Of a stretch of DNA of 64,000 nucleotides, positions 62,018-64,000 are shown one piece after another. The stretch lies in the NCBI RefSeq assembly GCF_053078305.1, contig NZ_CP166879.1; one strand, written 5' to 3'. The notes below the pieces were generated by a model. It worked only from the letters and a program-made list of their open reading frames with translations. It did no database searches and was not told the DNA's origin. Within the stretch, counting starts at the first letter, position 1. Each line of letters opens with the position of its first letter. A program made the translations under genes and the position numbers.

Positions 62018-62310
62018 ACCGTATTTACCTTTTTACGGACATGGAAAGCCTTTTCTGCCTCATCCCACCGGGCATGGTGTGTTGGCGGAATAATCATTAT
62101 GTGCCAGCCATCTCTGGTTGTTATCCGGCAGAAAAATTCACCGCTATATAACACAATGGCCTGCTGAATGAGCGCATCAGCCGCCCGTTCAACCGGATGT
62201 CTTTTATCAAAAAAGCAGATGATTTTTCGACATAACCACCGGGTAATAACAAATGCGCCGAAAAAGGATGTGATATATAAGCACCAGAACAACAGAGAAC
62301 TATTGTCCAT
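62014..62310 (-). CDS. hypothetical membrane protein (prophage early region)
   Basis: 98-aa ORF with N-terminal TM. Confidence 0.4.
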   Translation of the reverse strand: MDNSSLLFWCLYITSFFGAFVITRWLCRKIICFFDKRHPVERAADALIQQAIVLYSGEFFCRITTRDGWHIMIIPPTHHARWDEAEKAFHVRKKVNTV

Positions 62311-62497
62311 TATCTTTCTCCTTATTCACTCTTCTGCGGCATTCGGCACAGTCATCAGGGCTTTCAAATGTATCCGGCTCGCGATTATGAGCCAGATATA
62401 ACCACCGTCCACATATACTGATATTTTCGCCTGTTTTAAAAAAATGATGCTTCCTGGCCATTAGTGGCCGCGCCCATCCAGCGGGTAGACTATTCAT
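62300..62497 (-). CDS. hypothetical small Cys-rich protein
   Basis: 65-aa ORF; CGRW...CAEC. Confidence 0.35.
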   Translation of the reverse strand: MNSLPAGWARPLMARKHHFFKTGENISICGRWLYLAHNREPDTFESPDDCAECRRRVNKEKDNGQ

Positions 62498-62825
62498 TTG
62501 CTTTATCCTCCATACTGGAGAGAATCATATGTATTAATGTCGGGCGTGGAGATATACGCATTTCATTAAGCGTCTGAAGGGCAGCAACAGCTGCCTGTTT
62601 ATCGGTGCCTTTGGCAATTTCAGCAAGAGAATGCACAATCCATAACGGGCTTAACGCTACGGCTGAATGCAGAATCATGTCATCCATAATAATTTCTGGC
62701 ATATCCCGTTTGTCACATTCTTTATCCATAAAAGAAACAATTTTTTCTGCATCTTCCGGTTTCATGCCTCCGGCGATGAGAATTTTACGATATTCATAAG
62801 ACGATCTTAATTCAATACTCATCAT
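62490..62825 (-). CDS. hypothetical protein (prophage early region)
   Basis: 111-aa ORF. Confidence 0.4.
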   Translation of the reverse strand: MMSIELRSSYEYRKILIAGGMKPEDAEKIVSFMDKECDKRDMPEIIMDDMILHSAVALSPLWIVHSLAEIAKGTDKQAAVAALQTLNEMRISPRPTLIHMILSSMEDKANE

Positions 62826-62837
62826 TCACCTGCCTGT

Positions 62838-63230
62838 TTAATCAGTTTCCAGTGCTTTGCTACGGGCAACAGCCTCACACTCAAAAAATACCGACTCCGG
62901 CACACGTTCTTTTAATTCACGAACAAGGAAGTTATTAACGCGCTCGTGACATCTTATATTTCTTTCCTTTTCCTCCTGGCGTAATACAGCAAGGCGGTAT
63001 TCAACAGTCCGGCGTTGTTTCTGAAAGACAGCCAGTGCTTTTCTGGCAGAGTTACGCCATGTATCATCACCACAGGGTGCGTATTCAAGCTGAAATTTAA
63101 TCTCTTCAATGGTTTCTTTTATTTTTGCCAGCAAGCTAAGACAGTCGCTGATTGTCTTCAGTTTTTCATTATCAATATAACTTCTCACGCATTCACCTCC
63201 CGTCATTCCGGTAAAGCTGAAATATGGCAC
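62838..63230 (-). CDS. hypothetical protein (prophage early region)
   Basis: 130-aa ORF. Confidence 0.4.
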   Translation of the reverse strand: MPYFSFTGMTGGECVRSYIDNEKLKTISDCLSLLAKIKETIEEIKFQLEYAPCGDDTWRNSARKALAVFQKQRRTVEYRLAVLRQEEKERNIRCHERVNNFLVRELKERVPESVFFECEAVARSKALETD

Positions 63231-63514
63231 CAGTGCGTCACCTGTCCGTCCTCATCTTCAAGGCAGGCTCCGGTTTCTTCATCAATAAAAAAGCCTTCAT
63301 ACCCCATATGGCCGATGCGCAGTTCCTGTTGGTCACCATACTGAACAATCAGCACGACTGCCTCCATATCAGGCGGAAATGCGTCATCCAGTGAATGCCA
63401 GGGATAACCGCGCAAATCCCCGAAATAAACACCGGTCAGCGTTCCGCCACAAACCGGCATTCCGGCGGCACATACCAGAGGCTCGTCTGATTCAACAAAT
63501 AATGTCGTTATCAT
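63203..63514 (-). CDS. hypothetical acidic protein (prophage early region)
   Basis: 103-aa ORF. Confidence 0.4.
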   Translation of the reverse strand: MITTLFVESDEPLVCAAGMPVCGGTLTGVYFGDLRGYPWHSLDDAFPPDMEAVVLIVQYGDQQELRIGHMGYEGFFIDEETGACLEDEDGQVTHWCHISALPE

Positions 63515-64000
63515 GGCATTAACTCCCGTAATACAACATCTTCGGCAGTCCGGCGATGGTGATAAATAAAATTCACCGTACTCTCGGATAATTCAAATTT
63601 CTCGCCTATTTCCCGGAAGGTAATACGTCGTGGCGATTCAGCATCCCGTAATTCACGAATAAGACGAACATCATCGTCAGGTATACGGGTGAAGGGCAGC
63701 AATTCACCACACTTTTTTAAGCTGACGCCAGTCACTCGTGCCCGGCAGCGGATGCTGTCATGATGTCGCCCGAGATACTCCCCCATTTGCCTGCTGGTCA
63801 TCGTTCTGGCATTTTTTCGGATAAATTTATCTTCATCAGGTTTAAATCTGGGGCGTTTGCATTTGAGCAACTCCGGGTAAGTACCGCGTAATAAAACAAT
63901 CCGGTTATATACACCCCAGAAACTTCTTTTTACCCTGACAGCAATATCCTTAACCGGGGTGGATGGATAAAGCGCAATCAGCAGTGCATCTTCTTCAGGT
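63511..64000 (-). CDS. HTH-containing early-region protein, 5' end beyond window
   Basis: Frame stays open from 63870 to window end (...PEEDALLIALYPSTPVKDIAVRVKRSFWGVYNRIVLLRGTYPELLKCKRPRF...); ORF-track start at 63870 is an internal TTG. Confidence 0.45.
   Translation of the reverse strand, partial: PEEDALLIALYPSTPVKDIAVRVKRSFWGVYNRIVLLRGTYPELLKCKRPRFKPDEDKFIRKNARTMTSRQMGEYLGRHHDSIRCRARVTGVSLKKCGELLPFTRIPDDDVRLIRELRDAESPRRITFREIGEKFELSESTVNFIYHHRRTAEDVVLRELMP

Larger units (their letters stand above)
30302..64000 (-). mobile_element. Mu-like transposable prophage (right end to early region; continues beyond window)
   Basis: Mu-order synteny, all on minus strand: com/mom, gin, invertible tail fibre, baseplate, tape measure, sheath/tube, head T/I/G/F, portal, terminase, lysis, Mor/C, early small genes. 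Confidence 0.85.

Noticed and set aside
63511-63870. ORF-track entry 63511..63870 as a complete 119-aa gene
   Set aside because: The frame remains open upstream to the window edge; the listed start is an internal TTG, so the gene is treated as 5'-partial.

Overview
The window is Escherichia coli chromosome, in the yegS–mdtABCD–baeSR–yegLKI–alkA–dgcE–udk–dcd–asmA–yegH region, read in reverse relative to my memory of the K-12 map. No tools were run; all calls rest on reading the ORF translations and sequence, and on recalled family knowledge. 1–30.3 kb is core genome: yegS (partial), yegR, the sRNA CyaR, yegQ, yegP, baeR, baeS, mdtD, mdtC, mdtB, mdtA, a tandem array of three Ibs/Sib type I toxin-antitoxin repeat units, yegL-yegK-yegI (vWA / PP2C phosphatase / Ser-Thr kinase), yegD, alkA, dgcE, udk, dcd and asmA. 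Two things stand out in the core part: a ParD/ParE-like toxin-antitoxin pair sits between yegP and yegQ, and the cyaR–yegR gap has no P2-remnant genes (which I recall are present in K-12). From about 30.3 kb to the window end (and beyond) is a Mu-like transposable prophage inserted into yegH, leaving only the C-terminal ~321 codons of yegH. The prophage carries a com–mom-like DNA-modification operon with a GATC-rich upstream region, a cargo block encoding a large SGNH/SASA-type esterase plus small ORFs, and a G-segment-like invertible tail-fibre cassette flanked by gix-like inverted sites. Its gin-family invertase is split by an IS66-family insertion, so the cassette is probably locked. Downstream follow a complete Mu-order tail, head, packaging and lysis module, a Mor/C-family activator and uncharacterised early-region small ORFs. 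I do not see one clearly undescribed system; the most interesting candidates are the IS-locked invertible cassette, the esterase cargo block, the ParDE island and the yegL-yegK-yegI triad.
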